DNA of 64,000 bases, taken from the NCBI GenBank assembly GCA_963840455.1, contig CAWIYV010000010.1, positions 224,001 through 288,000 of the forward strand, read 5' to 3'. The notes beneath the pieces were generated by a model. The model did not search any database and was not told the DNA's origin. It saw only the letters and a program-made list of their open reading frames with translations. The position numbers and the translations under genes were made by a program. Shown here piece by piece: positions 20,748 to 31,379 of the stretch (its first letter is position 1; each line of letters starts with the position of its first letter). The stretch comes from Nitrospirota bacterium. GTDB taxonomy: Bacteria > Nitrospirota > UBA9217.

Positions 20748-22010
20748 CTACCCTTCCAGCCATCGCGGGAGCTTCTCGCCTTTCACCAGGTCATTGTAGG
20801 TCTCGCGTTCGCGCACGACGTAATAATCATTTCCCCGCACCAGCACTTCGGCCACCCGGGGACGGGAGTTGTAGTTGGACGCCATGGAGAATCCGTAGGC
20901 GCCGGCGCCCATGACCGCCAGAAGCTCGCCTTGCTTCACCGCCGGCATCTCGCGGTCCTTGGCGAGAAAGTCGCCGGACTCGCAGATGGGCCCCACCACG
21001 TCCACCACGACGTTCGCCGGCTGTTCCTGCCTGGCAACGGGCCGGATATCGTGATAGGCCTCGTACAGGCTCGGGCGGATGAGATCGTTCATACCCGCAT
21101 CCACGATCACGAACTTCTTTTCGCCGCTTTTCTTGTGATAGAGCACCTTGGTGACCAGGATCCCTGCGTTGCCCACGATGGCCCTGCCGGGCTCCATGAC
21201 GATCGTGCAGCCGCACTCCTTGAGGAGCGGCTGGACAGCCTGGGCCACGTCCTTCGGCAGCGGCGGCGTCTCGTCCTTGTACGTGATGCCGAGGCCGCCC
21301 CCCATGTTGATGTACTTGATGCCGATGCCTGCCGTTCGGAGCTCTTTCACGAAGCCCGTGACCTTGGTGAGCGCGTCGACGAACGGCTGGATCTCAGTGA
21401 TCTGCGAACCGATGTGCTGGTGGATGCCGACGACCTCGATGTTCGTAAGGCCTTTCGCGACCTGGTAATGCTCCAGCGCCTGCTCGAGGGGAATGCCGAA
21501 CTTGTTCTCCTTGAGCCCCGTGGAGATGTACGCGTGGGTCCGGGGATCGATGTCCGGGTTCACGCGCAGGGCGATCCGCGCATTCGTACGCATGTCCTTG
21601 GCCGCACGGTCGATGGCCTGCAGTTCGTCGCCCGACTCGACATTGAACATGAGGATGTCCATCTTGAGCCCGTACTCGATCTCGTCGCGCCGCTTGCCCA
21701 CGCCGGCGTACACGATCTTCTTGGGATCGATCCCGGCCCGGAGCGCGCGGAAAAGCTCCCCTCCGGAAACGATATCGGCGCCCGCGCCCTCCCGGCCCAG
21801 CACCCGGAGGACCGCCGCGCCGGGGTTCGACTTCACGGCAAAACAGATGAGATGCGGCACTCCGGCGAAGGCCCGGTCAAAGGCGCGGAAATGGCTGGCC
21901 AGTGTGTTGCTGCTGTAGCAATAGAACGGCGTCCCCACGCGCTGGGCGATGGTCCGGAGCGGAACCCCCTCGCAATGAAGCTCCCCGTTCTTGTATTCGA
22001 AATCGTGCAT
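20748..22010 (-). CDS. lysA: diaminopimelate decarboxylase
   Basis: FAVKSN, HIGSQ, EPGR, GPICESGD, GAYGFSMASNYN. Confidence 0.98.
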   Translation of the reverse strand: MHDFEYKNGELHCEGVPLRTIAQRVGTPFYCYSSNTLASHFRAFDRAFAGVPHLICFAVKSNPGAAVLRVLGREGAGADIVSGGELFRALRAGIDPKKIVYAGVGKRRDEIEYGLKMDILMFNVESGDELQAIDRAAKDMRTNARIALRVNPDIDPRTHAYISTGLKENKFGIPLEQALEHYQVAKGLTNIEVVGIHQHIGSQITEIQPFVDALTKVTGFVKELRTAGIGIKYINMGGGLGITYKDETPPLPKDVAQAVQPLLKECGCTIVMEPGRAIVGNAGILVTKVLYHKKSGEKKFVIVDAGMNDLIRPSLYEAYHDIRPVARQEQPANVVVDVVGPICESGDFLAKDREMPAVKQGELLAVMGAGAYGFSMASNYNSRPRVAEVLVRGNDYYVVRERETYNDLVKGEKLPRWLEG

Positions 22011-22014
22011 GGCG

Positions 22015-23085
22015 TTACCTGATCTTTTCCGTGTAGGTCTTCTGCTCTTTTGAGCGGCGGCTCTCGTTCCCGCTCTTGTCCACGGCGGTGATGAAGTAGT
22101 AGTACGTTGTGCCCTGTTTCACCGTCTCGTCGGAGAAGGTCGACCGGTTGAGCGGCTTAGCCGTGAGCCGCTCGTAGCCGGCGCCGCTCTTGACCGACCG
22201 GTAGACATGGTATCCAGCCAGATCGCTCTCCTTGTTCTCGCTCCAGGTGAGGAACACGCGTCCGATGCCCGGAACCACCGTGATGTTCGTCGGCGGCCCG
22301 GGAGGGGTCGTGTCCCGCGGCGTGGCCGAGACCTCGATCGAGTCGAGGCTCTCCTGCCACGGTTTCACCGGGCTGTCCACGCTGCGGACACGGTAGTAAT
22401 ATTGTTTGTCGTTGGCGACAGTTGTGTCACGGTACATGGCAGCCGCTACTGGCTCCCTGTTCAGCGGCGCTTCATCATACTTGCCCGGTCCCGTCCCACG
22501 GTAGATGACGTACCCCACGAATCCCTGATGCAGGCTGCCGTCGGACTTCGTGGTGACGGCGTCCCACGTGAGCGTCACGACGGTGTCCCCGCTCTCCGCG
22601 GCGAGATTCTTCGGCGGGGAAAGCGACAGGAGCGGCGCTGCCCGCACCTCGTCCGAATACCCGCTCACGCCACCCTTCATGCTGTACGCCCTGACGCGGT
22701 ACACGTACACCCTGCCGTACTGCAGGCCGGTGTCGCTCCAGTTCACGATGCCGTTCCGCACCTCCGCGGGCGCGGGATTCGCCATGCTGATCTCGGCTAC
22801 CTGCCGGTAGAGCGGCCGCTTCCGGTCGCGGCCTGCTTCTGCCCGATAGACCCGGAAGCCCCTGATCTCCGCGGGGTCCAGGTTCTTGCCCTCCACGTTC
22901 TTCGCAGGAAACGGCCAGGAGAGATAGGCCACCGCGTCCCGCACGGCGACCCTGATGCCGGTCACGGCAGCGGGCCGCGGGCTGTCGGGCGTGATGGGGT
23001 CAGTCTTCCTTCCGCAGGAGACCGCCGACACAAGAAGAAGGACCGCGGCCGCTGCAAGAACTGCTCTGCGCGGTCCGGTGTTCAT
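22015..23085 (-). CDS. lipoprotein with three fibronectin type III domains
   Basis: lipobox AVS-C followed by GRKTDPITP; three W...Y(V)YR...YxYxV FN3 repeats. Confidence 0.85.
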   Translation of the reverse strand: MNTGPRRAVLAAAAVLLLVSAVSCGRKTDPITPDSPRPAAVTGIRVAVRDAVAYLSWPFPAKNVEGKNLDPAEIRGFRVYRAEAGRDRKRPLYRQVAEISMANPAPAEVRNGIVNWSDTGLQYGRVYVYRVRAYSMKGGVSGYSDEVRAAPLLSLSPPKNLAAESGDTVVTLTWDAVTTKSDGSLHQGFVGYVIYRGTGPGKYDEAPLNREPVAAAMYRDTTVANDKQYYYRVRSVDSPVKPWQESLDSIEVSATPRDTTPPGPPTNITVVPGIGRVFLTWSENKESDLAGYHVYRSVKSGAGYERLTAKPLNRSTFSDETVKQGTTYYYFITAVDKSGNESRRSKEQKTYTEKIR

Positions 23086-24503
23086 TTCACCAGCTTCTTG
23101 AGCGCTGCGAGCCGCTTTTTGAGGTTTGCCGGGGCGGTGCCGCCGTAGGAGATCCGCCTGCCGACCGACGCATCGACGGACAGCGACCGGTACACATCGT
23201 TGGTGATGAGCGCCGAGAGCTTCTTATACTCGGCGAGCGGCAGGTCCTTGAGGCCGCAGGTCAGTTCGAGCGCCTTGAGCACCGCCCTGCCCACGACTTC
23301 GTGGGCCTGGCGGAACGGCAGCCCTTTCCGGACCAGATAGTCTGCAAGGTCCGTTGCGGTGATGAAGCCGTCCTCGGCGGCATGCCGCATCACGTCCCGG
23401 TGGACGGTGATGCTGTCCAGCATCGCCGCCATCACCGCCAGCGCCTGGCTCACCGTGTCGGCGGTGTCGAAGACCGGTTCCTTGTCCTCCTGCATGTCCC
23501 GGTTGTACGACAGGGGAAGCCCCTTCATGATCGCAAGAAGGGCCATCAGGTTTCCGAAGACCCTGCCCGCCTTGCCCCGCGACAGCTCGGCCACGTCGGG
23601 ATTCTTCTTCTGCGGCATGATGGACGAGCCGGTGGTGAAGGCATCGGCAATCGTGATGAAGCCGAACTCTGCCGACGACCACAGCACAAGCTCCTCGGCA
23701 AGCCGGGAGAGATGAACCATGATCTGGCTGCACGCGGACACGAACTCGACAGCAAAGTCGCGGTCCGACACGGCGTCCATGCTGTTCTCTGCGATGCCGC
23801 CGAACCCGAGCAGGTCTCCCACCATCTTCCGGTTAATAGGCAGCACCGTTCCCGCTAGTGCGCCGGCACCAAGCGGCATGATATTCACCCGGCGGTAGCA
23901 GTCCGCCAGGCGGTCGCGGTCCCGCTCGAACATCTCATAGTAGGCGAGCAAATGGTGACCGAACAGCACCGGCTGTGCCCGCTGGAGATGGGTATAGCCC
24001 GGCATCACGGCGTCCTGGTTCCGATCGGCGAGGCCGATGACCGTCTTCTGCAGCCCCCGAAGGAGCCGCCGGATCTCCATGATCTCGTCCCGGAGATACA
24101 TGCGGAGGTCCAGGGCCACCTGGTCGTTCCTGCTCCGTGCCGTATGGAGCTTGCCGCCCACCGGCCCGATCTTCCGGACCAGCCTGTTCTCGATGTTCAT
24201 ATGGATGTCTTCCAGCTCCATGCTGAACTCGAGCTTGCCGTCGGTGATCTCCTGGAGGATGCCCTTGAGCCCGTTGATGATCTTCCGGGCTTCTCTCTCC
24301 GTGATGATCCCGGTCTTGCCCAGCATGGCTGCATGGGCGACGCTGCCGGCGATATCGTAGGGGAAGAGGCGCCAGTCATACTGGATCGACGCGGTATACT
24401 CCTCCACGAGCGCGTTCGTCGCTTCGGTGAACCGGCCGCCCCAGGGCTTCCGCACCTTTTCCTTCTTGGCGCCTTTTTTCTTTTTAGCTGTTCGTTGTGC
24501 CAT
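23082..24503 (-). CDS. argH: argininosuccinate lyase
   Basis: WGGRF, HTARSRNDQ, GYTHLQRAQP, GSSIMPQKKNPD. Confidence 0.98.
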   Translation of the reverse strand: MAQRTAKKKKGAKKEKVRKPWGGRFTEATNALVEEYTASIQYDWRLFPYDIAGSVAHAAMLGKTGIITEREARKIINGLKGILQEITDGKLEFSMELEDIHMNIENRLVRKIGPVGGKLHTARSRNDQVALDLRMYLRDEIMEIRRLLRGLQKTVIGLADRNQDAVMPGYTHLQRAQPVLFGHHLLAYYEMFERDRDRLADCYRRVNIMPLGAGALAGTVLPINRKMVGDLLGFGGIAENSMDAVSDRDFAVEFVSACSQIMVHLSRLAEELVLWSSAEFGFITIADAFTTGSSIMPQKKNPDVAELSRGKAGRVFGNLMALLAIMKGLPLSYNRDMQEDKEPVFDTADTVSQALAVMAAMLDSITVHRDVMRHAAEDGFITATDLADYLVRKGLPFRQAHEVVGRAVLKALELTCGLKDLPLAEYKKLSALITNDVYRSLSVDASVGRRISYGGTAPANLKKRLAALKKLVK

Positions 24504-24586
24504 GGTTTTTCTTCGTGCTGAAGGTACGAAGTTGAGAAGGTGGGACTCGGCAATAGCCTTGTCCCCGCCTTGTTGCCTCCCCCCTC

Positions 24587-25789
24587 TTACCCTCTCGCCT
24601 TTGCTCCCACCCTCAGCCGCAGGGCGTTCAAGCGGATGAAGCCTTCGGCGTCCTTCTGATCGTACACCGTGTCGGCCTCGAAGGTCGCGAGGTCCGGACG
24701 GTAGAGCGAGACGGCTGATTTCCGTCCGACGACGTCGCAGTTCCCTTTGTACAGCTTAATGCGCGCCGTGCCGGTCACGTTCTTCTGTGCCTCGTCGATG
24801 GCGGTCTGGAGCATGGCACGCTCGGGCGAGAACCAGTACCCGTAGTACACGAGTTCGGCATACCGGGTGATCAGGCTGTCCCGGAGGTGCAGCACCTCAC
24901 GGTCCATGGTGATGGATTCGACCGCCCGGTGCGCGGCATGGAGCAGCGTGCCGCCCGGCGTTTCGTACACGCCGCGTGACTTCATGCCCACATAGCGGTT
25001 CTCGACGAGGTCCACGCGGCCTACACCGTGCGCTCCGGCAATGCGGTTCGCCTCTGTCAGGAGCGCCGCCGGCGCAAGTTTCCTGCCGTTGATCGCCACG
25101 GGATTCCCAACCGCGTATTCCACCTCGGCATACTCGGCCTTGTCCGGCGCCTTTTCCACCGGAACTGCCATGGTATACATGTCCGCCGTGGATTCCTCCC
25201 ACGGATCCTCGAGCACGCCGCCTTCGTAGCTGATGTGCAGGAGGTTCCGGTCCGTCGAGAACGGCTTCGACTTGGTCGCCGTCACCGGGATCTTGTGCTT
25301 TGCCGCATAGTCGATCAATTCCTCGCGGCCTTTCATGGTCCATTCGCGCCAGGGCGCGATGATCTTCACACCGGGCTTGAGCGCGAAGTAGGTCAGCTCG
25401 AACCGGACCTGGTCGTTCCCCTTGCCCGTGGCGCCGTGGCAAACCGCGTCGGCGCCCTCTTTCTCGGCGATCTCGATCTGGCGCTTGGCGATGAGCGGCC
25501 GGGCAATGGAAGTGCCGAGGAGGTAGCGGCCTTCGTAAACGGCATTCGCCCGGAGCAGGGGAAACACGAAGTCCCGCACGAACTCCTCGCGGAGGTCGTC
25601 GATGTAGATCTTCGAGGCGCCGGTCCTGATCGCCTTGTCGCGGAGCGGCTCCAGTTCTTCACCCTGGCCGATATCGGCCGTGAAGGCGATGACCTCGCAG
25701 CCGTAAGTCTCCTTGAGCCACGTGATGATGACCGAGGTGTCCAGGCCGCCGGAATAGGCGACGACGATCTTCTTGATGTTCTGTTTCAA
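24587..25789 (-). CDS. argG: argininosuccinate synthase
   Basis: [39 protein letters not shown]. Confidence 0.98.
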   Translation of the reverse strand: MKQNIKKIVVAYSGGLDTSVIITWLKETYGCEVIAFTADIGQGEELEPLRDKAIRTGASKIYIDDLREEFVRDFVFPLLRANAVYEGRYLLGTSIARPLIAKRQIEIAEKEGADAVCHGATGKGNDQVRFELTYFALKPGVKIIAPWREWTMKGREELIDYAAKHKIPVTATKSKPFSTDRNLLHISYEGGVLEDPWEESTADMYTMAVPVEKAPDKAEYAEVEYAVGNPVAINGRKLAPAALLTEANRIAGAHGVGRVDLVENRYVGMKSRGVYETPGGTLLHAAHRAVESITMDREVLHLRDSLITRYAELVYYGYWFSPERAMLQTAIDEAQKNVTGTARIKLYKGNCDVVGRKSAVSLYRPDLATFEADTVYDQKDAEGFIRLNALRLRVGAKARG

Positions 25790-25798
25790 TTGGGTCCT

Positions 25799-25914
25799 TT
25801 GAAGGTCCCTGCAGCAGGTTGCAGGGAATCTTCGATCCTTAAGGAAAGCTTTTTATCCTAATCGTTCGCTAACCCCGCAGTAAGCTGCGGGGATTGCGCT
25901 CACTCCTGGATTCA
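25799..25914 (+). repeat. family A element, copy 2
   Basis: TTGAAGGTCCCTGCAGCAGGTTGCAGGGAATCTTCGATCC...CCCCGCAGTAAGCTGCGGGGATTGCGCTCACTCCTGGATTCA. Confidence 0.9.
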
Positions 25915-26041
25915 GCACATCAAAGCCAACGACAGCGTTCTGGTAACCGGAGAGGTCGCGGGAGGATACAGAATCTCACGATACTGAGACGCAGCCATTT
26001 TTTATCCCCCTCTCTCCGCGTCCCCCTTCCCCGTGTCGGCC

Positions 26042-26662
26042 TTACGGATTCTTCGGCTCTATGATCTTGATCTTCATCTCGATGCGGTCGTTCGGGTTAT
26101 CGTTGGCGTCCCGCGGCTGCGAGACGATCTTGTCGGCAACCTCGATGCCGCTCTCCACCTCGCCGAACGCCGTGTACTGCCGGTCCAGGAAATTCGAATC
26201 CTTCACGCAGATGAAGAACTGCGAGCCGGCACTGTCCGGGCTCTGCGACCGGGCCATGGAAAGGACACCGCGCTTGTGCGGCTTGTTGTTGAACTCCGCC
26301 TTGATGGTATAGCCCGGGCCGCCGGTGCCGTATGCCCGCCGCTTGGCCGGGTCCTTGGAGGTCGGGTCGCCGCCCTGGATCATGAATCCCGGGATGACCC
26401 GGTGGAACACCGTGTTGTCATAGACACCCTGCTTCGCGAGGTCGATGAAATTCTTCACATGGCCCGGCGCGACATCAGGATAGAATTTCAGCGTAATGTT
26501 CCCGAATTTCGTTTCAATGACCGCTTTCGTCTCCGACATTTTTTTGATCTCCTCTTTCGTTGCCGTAATGGTCTTTGGCGCCGGCATGCCATACTGGGCA
26601 TAAGCGGCGAAACTCAAACAGATGCCGATGATCGCTGCGAAAAATATCCTACCGGTTCTCAT
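26042..26662 (-). CDS. cyclophilin-type peptidyl-prolyl cis-trans isomerase (exported)
   Basis: signal peptide; FHRVIPGFMIQGGD, LSMAR, SAGSQFFI. Confidence 0.95.
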   Translation of the reverse strand: MRTGRIFFAAIIGICLSFAAYAQYGMPAPKTITATKEEIKKMSETKAVIETKFGNITLKFYPDVAPGHVKNFIDLAKQGVYDNTVFHRVIPGFMIQGGDPTSKDPAKRRAYGTGGPGYTIKAEFNNKPHKRGVLSMARSQSPDSAGSQFFICVKDSNFLDRQYTAFGEVESGIEVADKIVSQPRDANDNPNDRIEMKIKIIEPKNP

Positions 26663-26859
26663 CCTGTGCGTTCCTCCTTGCATTGATTGCGTGATTGCGC
26701 TCGTGAAGGGACAAAGATATACACTTTTACCAGAAACCCGGGGGGAAGTCAAACAAAACATGGAATTACATGGATTTACAGGGCAGGGACCGCGGTATTG
26801 CTCCGTCCGGTTTGACGATGGATGATGATGTTGCTATACTGAAGGCAGGACCGTGAACC

Positions 26860-27255
26860 ATGACAACACCTGCCAATGAACGACGAGAGTTCATCCGCGT
26901 TCCCTTCCGTACGGAGATCGAGATCCATACGCCCGCCCGCACGATCCGTTCCCGCAGCAGCCTGGATATCAGCATGAACGGGCTCCACACGGAAACGGAT
27001 GGGCCTGCTCCGGAACCCGGCACCCCCTGCCACGTCAGGATCACCCTCTCGCTTGAAGAACCCCGGATAAGCATCACAGTAAAGGGCTTGATCGTCCGCG
27101 CTGAGCCGGGCACCCTCGCCGTCCACTTTACCGAGATCGACATCGACAGCTATGAGCACCTGCAGAAGCTTATTTTGAACAACGCGAAGGACCCCGAGCG
27201 AGCGGAGCAGGAGATCAGCACGCATTGGGGCATCCGTAAGCCTCTGGACCCTTGA
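26860..27255 (+). CDS. PilZ-domain protein
   Basis: RxxxR (RREFIR) and DxSxxG (DISMNG) c-di-GMP-binding motifs. Confidence 0.9.
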   Translation: MTTPANERREFIRVPFRTEIEIHTPARTIRSRSSLDISMNGLHTETDGPAPEPGTPCHVRITLSLEEPRISITVKGLIVRAEPGTLAVHFTEIDIDSYEHLQKLILNNAKDPERAEQEISTHWGIRKPLDP

Positions 27256-27332
27256 AGCTCCCTGCATCCCGCCGCGGGGAATCTTCGATCCTCACCGTGC
27301 ATTCGTAATCCTCATCGCCCGCTCGTGGATCC
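27252..27332 (+). repeat. family A element, degenerate copy overlapping the PilZ stop codon
   Basis: TTGAAGCTCCCTGCA...GGGGAATCTTCGATCCTCA...ATCGCCCGCTCGTGGAT. Confidence 0.7.
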
Positions 27333-27496
27333 CTCTGCGGAGCGAACTGCCGGACAACGGCACATCCGCCGTTAGCCGGCACGTATCCGATCTGATCAGC
27401 GCCACATGCAGTTCTTTAGGATACGAGGGTCTCTCCAGATCAGAGAGCCTGCAGGAATATCGTGAAGGAGAGGAGTTACGAACGCCCGGCACACGG

Positions 27497-29680
27497 CTAC
27501 CGTCCGTGCAATGCCTTTTTGTTATCGATGATCTTCCTGACCAGGGCAAGCAGCTCGCCGGCGTCGAAGGGCTTCTGCAGGAAATAGTCCGGCTTGACGT
27601 CATCACTCTTTTCGCTGTACCTGCTATACCCGGAAACCGTCAGGAACCGGGTCTGAGGATCGATCTCTGCGATCCGCTTCATCATTTCTCTTCCGTCGAG
27701 CAGCGGCATGACCACGTCCGTGATAACGAGCGATATTTCGCTATGCATCTTCGTGAACGCATCGATAGCGCTCATCGGGTTCGTCGTCGCGATGACCTTG
27801 TATCCGTTCTTCTCCAGCGCCTCCTTGATGAAGTTCAGCACGCTCTCATCGTCGTCCACCAGCAGGACCATTTCGCTACCGCGAGCCGAGAGGACAGCCT
27901 GCTTCCTGGGCATCGATGTGACCTTTGCACTGACCGGCAGATACACCGTAAAGGTCGTTCCCTGGTTTATCTTGCTCTGGACCGTGACGAATCCCTTGTG
28001 CTCCGTGACCACGCCGTAGACCATGGCGAGCCCCAGGCCCGTTCCCTTGCCCCGCTCTTTGGTCGTGAAGAACGGCTCGAAGATCTTGCGCTGGATCTCT
28101 TCCGGGATCCCGACGCCGGTGTCGGCGATCGAAAGCATCACATAGTTGCCTGCGGGAACATACGGAGGAACGCCGTCCACGCCGGGGCGGGCATCGATGG
28201 CCGACGACGTGACCGTAATGATGCCGCCGTACGGCATCGCGTCCCGGGCATTGACCATGAAATTCATGAGCACCTGTTCGACCTGGTTCATGTCGCCCTC
28301 AATGGGCGGAAGACGCTCTCCGAGCGCCAGACGGATCACGATCCGCTTGTCGATCACCCGCTCGAGCAGCTTGACGGTATCGCGCACGACGTCGTTGACA
28401 TCGAACGGCACCCGTTCGATCTCGCTCTTCCGGGAGAAGCCCAGAAGCTGGGACACCATGGTGCCAGCCTTGCGCGAGGCGTTCTCGATGACACTCAGCC
28501 TGCTGAGCACCTTTTCGTTCGCACCGACGTCCCGCCGGATGAGGTCCGTGTATCCCAGGATTGCCGTGAGCACATTGTTGAAGTCGTGGGCGATCCCGCC
28601 GGCCAGCATGCCGATGGAGTCCATTTTCTGCGCCTGGAAGAGATGCTCCTGGATCTTCTTTTTCTCGGTAATGTCCCGCTGGAATGACTGGATGAACACC
28701 TCATCATGAATGGGGATCGCTTTCGAGCTGACCTCGAGAAAAATGCGGGTGCCATCCTTCTTGAAGTGTTCGGTTTCGTATACGAGCGTTTCTCCTTTCA
28801 AGATCCGCTGTAAACGCTCTGCCGCTTCACCGCGCCGTTCGTCCACTTCCAGCAGGCCGCTATGGGAACCGACCAGTGCTTCTTTACTGAAACCGTGCAT
28901 CTCGGAGGCGCGATCGTTCGCGTTCATGATGATGCCGTTCTGGTCCAGGACCATGATGCCGTCGGTCGCGTTATCGAAGAGCGCCTGATGCCACTGGTTG
29001 GACTTGCTCAGCTCTTTGGTTCTGTCCTCGACCATGGATTTCAGCTGGAGGGAATAGACTTCCAGGTGCTTTTTCTGTTCCTCGAGGTCGTATTGGAGAG
29101 CAAGGTTATCCATGAGGAGCTTCTGGCTGAAATAGCGCCATCCGAGACTGCCAAAAATACTGGCGACTAAAAATATATTGCTATTAATGAAGACCCGTGA
29201 ATTAGTAATGGGATCGAGGAGGAGGATTGGAACGACATATATGCCATAGGCGATCGAATTAACGAGCGCCGTCATCTTGACAGAAAGTGGGAGAAAACCC
29301 AGTATAAAGATCAGCACCACGATCAGCCCGGTATAGTAGATAGACTGATGACCGCCAAAATGCAGGATCATGTATTCGACCATCGATATCGGTATCACCG
29401 TGGAAAGGATTATGATACCGCGTTGAAAGTTTTTCCCATGATTTTTCTTCAGCTTGGTAATGATAAAGAGCAGCATAACCGCCGACGAGGCAATCAACCG
29501 ATCGAAGAAGAATCTCGTGAAATTCTCAGGGGTAACAAAGTAGTCCAATATCCCTAATATCAGAAGAAAGAATGCACCATAAGGCAAAAGCACGGCCAGT
29601 GACGAGCTAGTCAGGGCAAAAAGCTTGTCTTGTATATACCGCTCTTTTTTATAGTACGCTTGACCTTCGATATCAGCCAT
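27497..29680 (-). CDS. membrane hybrid sensor histidine kinase (multi-TM, PAS, HisKA, HATPase, REC); PhcS-like sensor
   Basis: about 6 TM segments ([11 protein letters not shown]...SIYYTGL), [14 protein letters not shown]-box, [17 protein letters not shown] with VITDVVMP. Confidence 0.92.
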   Translation of the reverse strand: MADIEGQAYYKKERYIQDKLFALTSSSLAVLLPYGAFFLLILGILDYFVTPENFTRFFFDRLIASSAVMLLFIITKLKKNHGKNFQRGIIILSTVIPISMVEYMILHFGGHQSIYYTGLIVVLIFILGFLPLSVKMTALVNSIAYGIYVVPILLLDPITNSRVFINSNIFLVASIFGSLGWRYFSQKLLMDNLALQYDLEEQKKHLEVYSLQLKSMVEDRTKELSKSNQWHQALFDNATDGIMVLDQNGIIMNANDRASEMHGFSKEALVGSHSGLLEVDERRGEAAERLQRILKGETLVYETEHFKKDGTRIFLEVSSKAIPIHDEVFIQSFQRDITEKKKIQEHLFQAQKMDSIGMLAGGIAHDFNNVLTAILGYTDLIRRDVGANEKVLSRLSVIENASRKAGTMVSQLLGFSRKSEIERVPFDVNDVVRDTVKLLERVIDKRIVIRLALGERLPPIEGDMNQVEQVLMNFMVNARDAMPYGGIITVTSSAIDARPGVDGVPPYVPAGNYVMLSIADTGVGIPEEIQRKIFEPFFTTKERGKGTGLGLAMVYGVVTEHKGFVTVQSKINQGTTFTVYLPVSAKVTSMPRKQAVLSARGSEMVLLVDDDESVLNFIKEALEKNGYKVIATTNPMSAIDAFTKMHSEISLVITDVVMPLLDGREMMKRIAEIDPQTRFLTVSGYSRYSEKSDDVKPDYFLQKPFDAGELLALVRKIIDNKKALHGR

Positions 29681-29684
29681 AATA

Positions 29685-31111
29685 TTAACTGGTGCTGCCC
29701 CGCTCCCTTCTTATGATCGTTTGAGCAGTATCATACCCTACGTACGTGACGCCGGATATTCCCAGCCCCTGGGTCGTCCAATGTCCGGTTAAATACAGGT
29801 TTCTGACGAATGACGGTTTTTTGAAGCCAGATACCGCTAACTGTGAGGGCATCCCTGCCCACCCAAAAGATGCCCCCTGATAATTTAACGTGTATCGATG
29901 CAATGTATGCGGTGTGGCCGCTGTCCTATATTTTATACAATTTGATAGCTGAGGTATAGAGTTATTCTCGATTTTCTTAATGAGCAGCTCAAGCGCCTTA
30001 TTTTTATTTTTCAGCCAAAATTTTTTAGTTTTATAGGGCGCCGGCACGAGCGCGATCAGTGTTGATCTGTCCTTAGACAACCGCAGCATATAGCCGCCAA
30101 AGCCGTCCACATCCCCTTCACAGGCAGCACGGTATGACCGATCTAAATCATAGTGCGAGAGAAACCAAAGATTCGTTCCTGCCCTAGGTAAAAACTTGCT
30201 TTGACAGTCTATACCGAGGTAGGCAATGAACATTGACGTGGAGGGCACAAGGGCAGTCAGCTGCTCGCAAAGTTCTTCCGGAATTTTCTTTTTCCCAAGA
30301 AGTTTGAGAAACGTTTGTCGTGCATCTCCATTAGAGATAACATAGTGGGAGGGCAGGTAGCCGTCTTTTTCGACAACAATACCTTGTACCTCGCCATCTT
30401 TTGCTTTTATTTTTTTGACCAAACAGGACAATCGCAATTCTCCGCCAAGCTCCCTGAATCTTTCGGACAAAGCATCAGGGAGCGCCTGCATGCCGCTCTC
30501 CGGATGATATCCGCCATCAAGAAGAAACTCCGAGAACAGCTTCGAACCAATAAATGCGGACATACGTGATGGCGGCAGGCCACCGAGCCCCAGCAAGGGG
30601 GCGGCCAGAAGTGTCTTGATCCTGTCATTGGTACAATACTGATCGAGAAGGTTTTGGAAGGTCCAGCTCCTGATGCGGGAAAATGAATGAGGGTCCGGAT
30701 TCAACAGGAATTGAAAAAAATTCTTTACGTTTTCCCGTTCCTCCGGAAAGATTGTTGCAAATCCTTCAATGGTCCGATGGATATCCGTCCAGAAAGAGAC
30801 CGTATGATCCGGCGTAATCACCGTATCCGACGGATCGGACCTTGGTAATGTTGAGTTTCTTATCTATTCCCAGGTCTGCTACATACTTTTCTTGTAATTC
30901 CATCTTTCCGATAACCGCCAAAACAATGGGCCGCAGCGTCAAACGTAAAGCGTCCTCTTCGGAAGGACGTGCAGTATCCTCCCGGTTTATGGTGTTGTTC
31001 GGCGATGAGCACCTTCAGTCCGGCCTTCGCAAGATAGCACCCGCAGACCAGTCCGCTCATACCCGCACCGATAATGATAACATCGTACGTTTCTTTATCG
31101 GGTTTTGCCAT
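29685..31111 (-). CDS. phytoene desaturase-like FAD oxidoreductase (two +1 frameshifts near 30840-30885)
   Basis: N-terminal DVIIIGAGMSG...EQHHKPGGYC in one frame; C-terminal AATPHT...GASFG...NLYLTGHWT in another; removing two bases gives a 475-codon ORF. Confidence 0.82.
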
Positions 31112-31112
31112 C

Positions 31113-31364
31113 TCAGGTCTTTTTTTGCTCAATTAATTTGCTGACCAGATCCATCGCCTGTTTCACCGTTGCAAGCTTCGGAACATCCTCGTCCCTAACC
31201 GAGATCTTGAATTTTTTCTCAATGGCAACGGTTATTTCTATGGCCTTGATAGAATCGATTTCCAGGTCTTGGAAAAAATTGGTGTCCGGCTTGATCTCTT
31301 CCGGTTCGTAGCCAGAGACCTCTGAAATGATCGCGATGATGTCCTTCTCGATGTTCTCTCGCAA
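31113..31364 (-). CDS. acyl carrier protein
   Basis: DLEIDSIKAIEI phosphopantetheine Ser motif; acidic 83-aa protein. Confidence 0.95.
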   Translation of the reverse strand: MRENIEKDIIAIISEVSGYEPEEIKPDTNFFQDLEIDSIKAIEITVAIEKKFKISVRDEDVPKLATVKQAMDLVSKLIEQKKT

Positions 31365-31379
31365 ATCCCTGCCTCCTTC

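Noticed and set aside
26860-27255. PilZ gene as a member of the Phc-like operon
   Set aside because: It is convergent and on the opposite strand. Proximity alone does not support a link.
30821-30900. Programmed frameshift or true pseudogene in the phytoene-desaturase-like gene
   Set aside because: Two single-base insertions within about 45 nt and no slippery site. The same error pattern appears in the molybdoenzyme gene, so sequencing error is more likely. Needs a read check.
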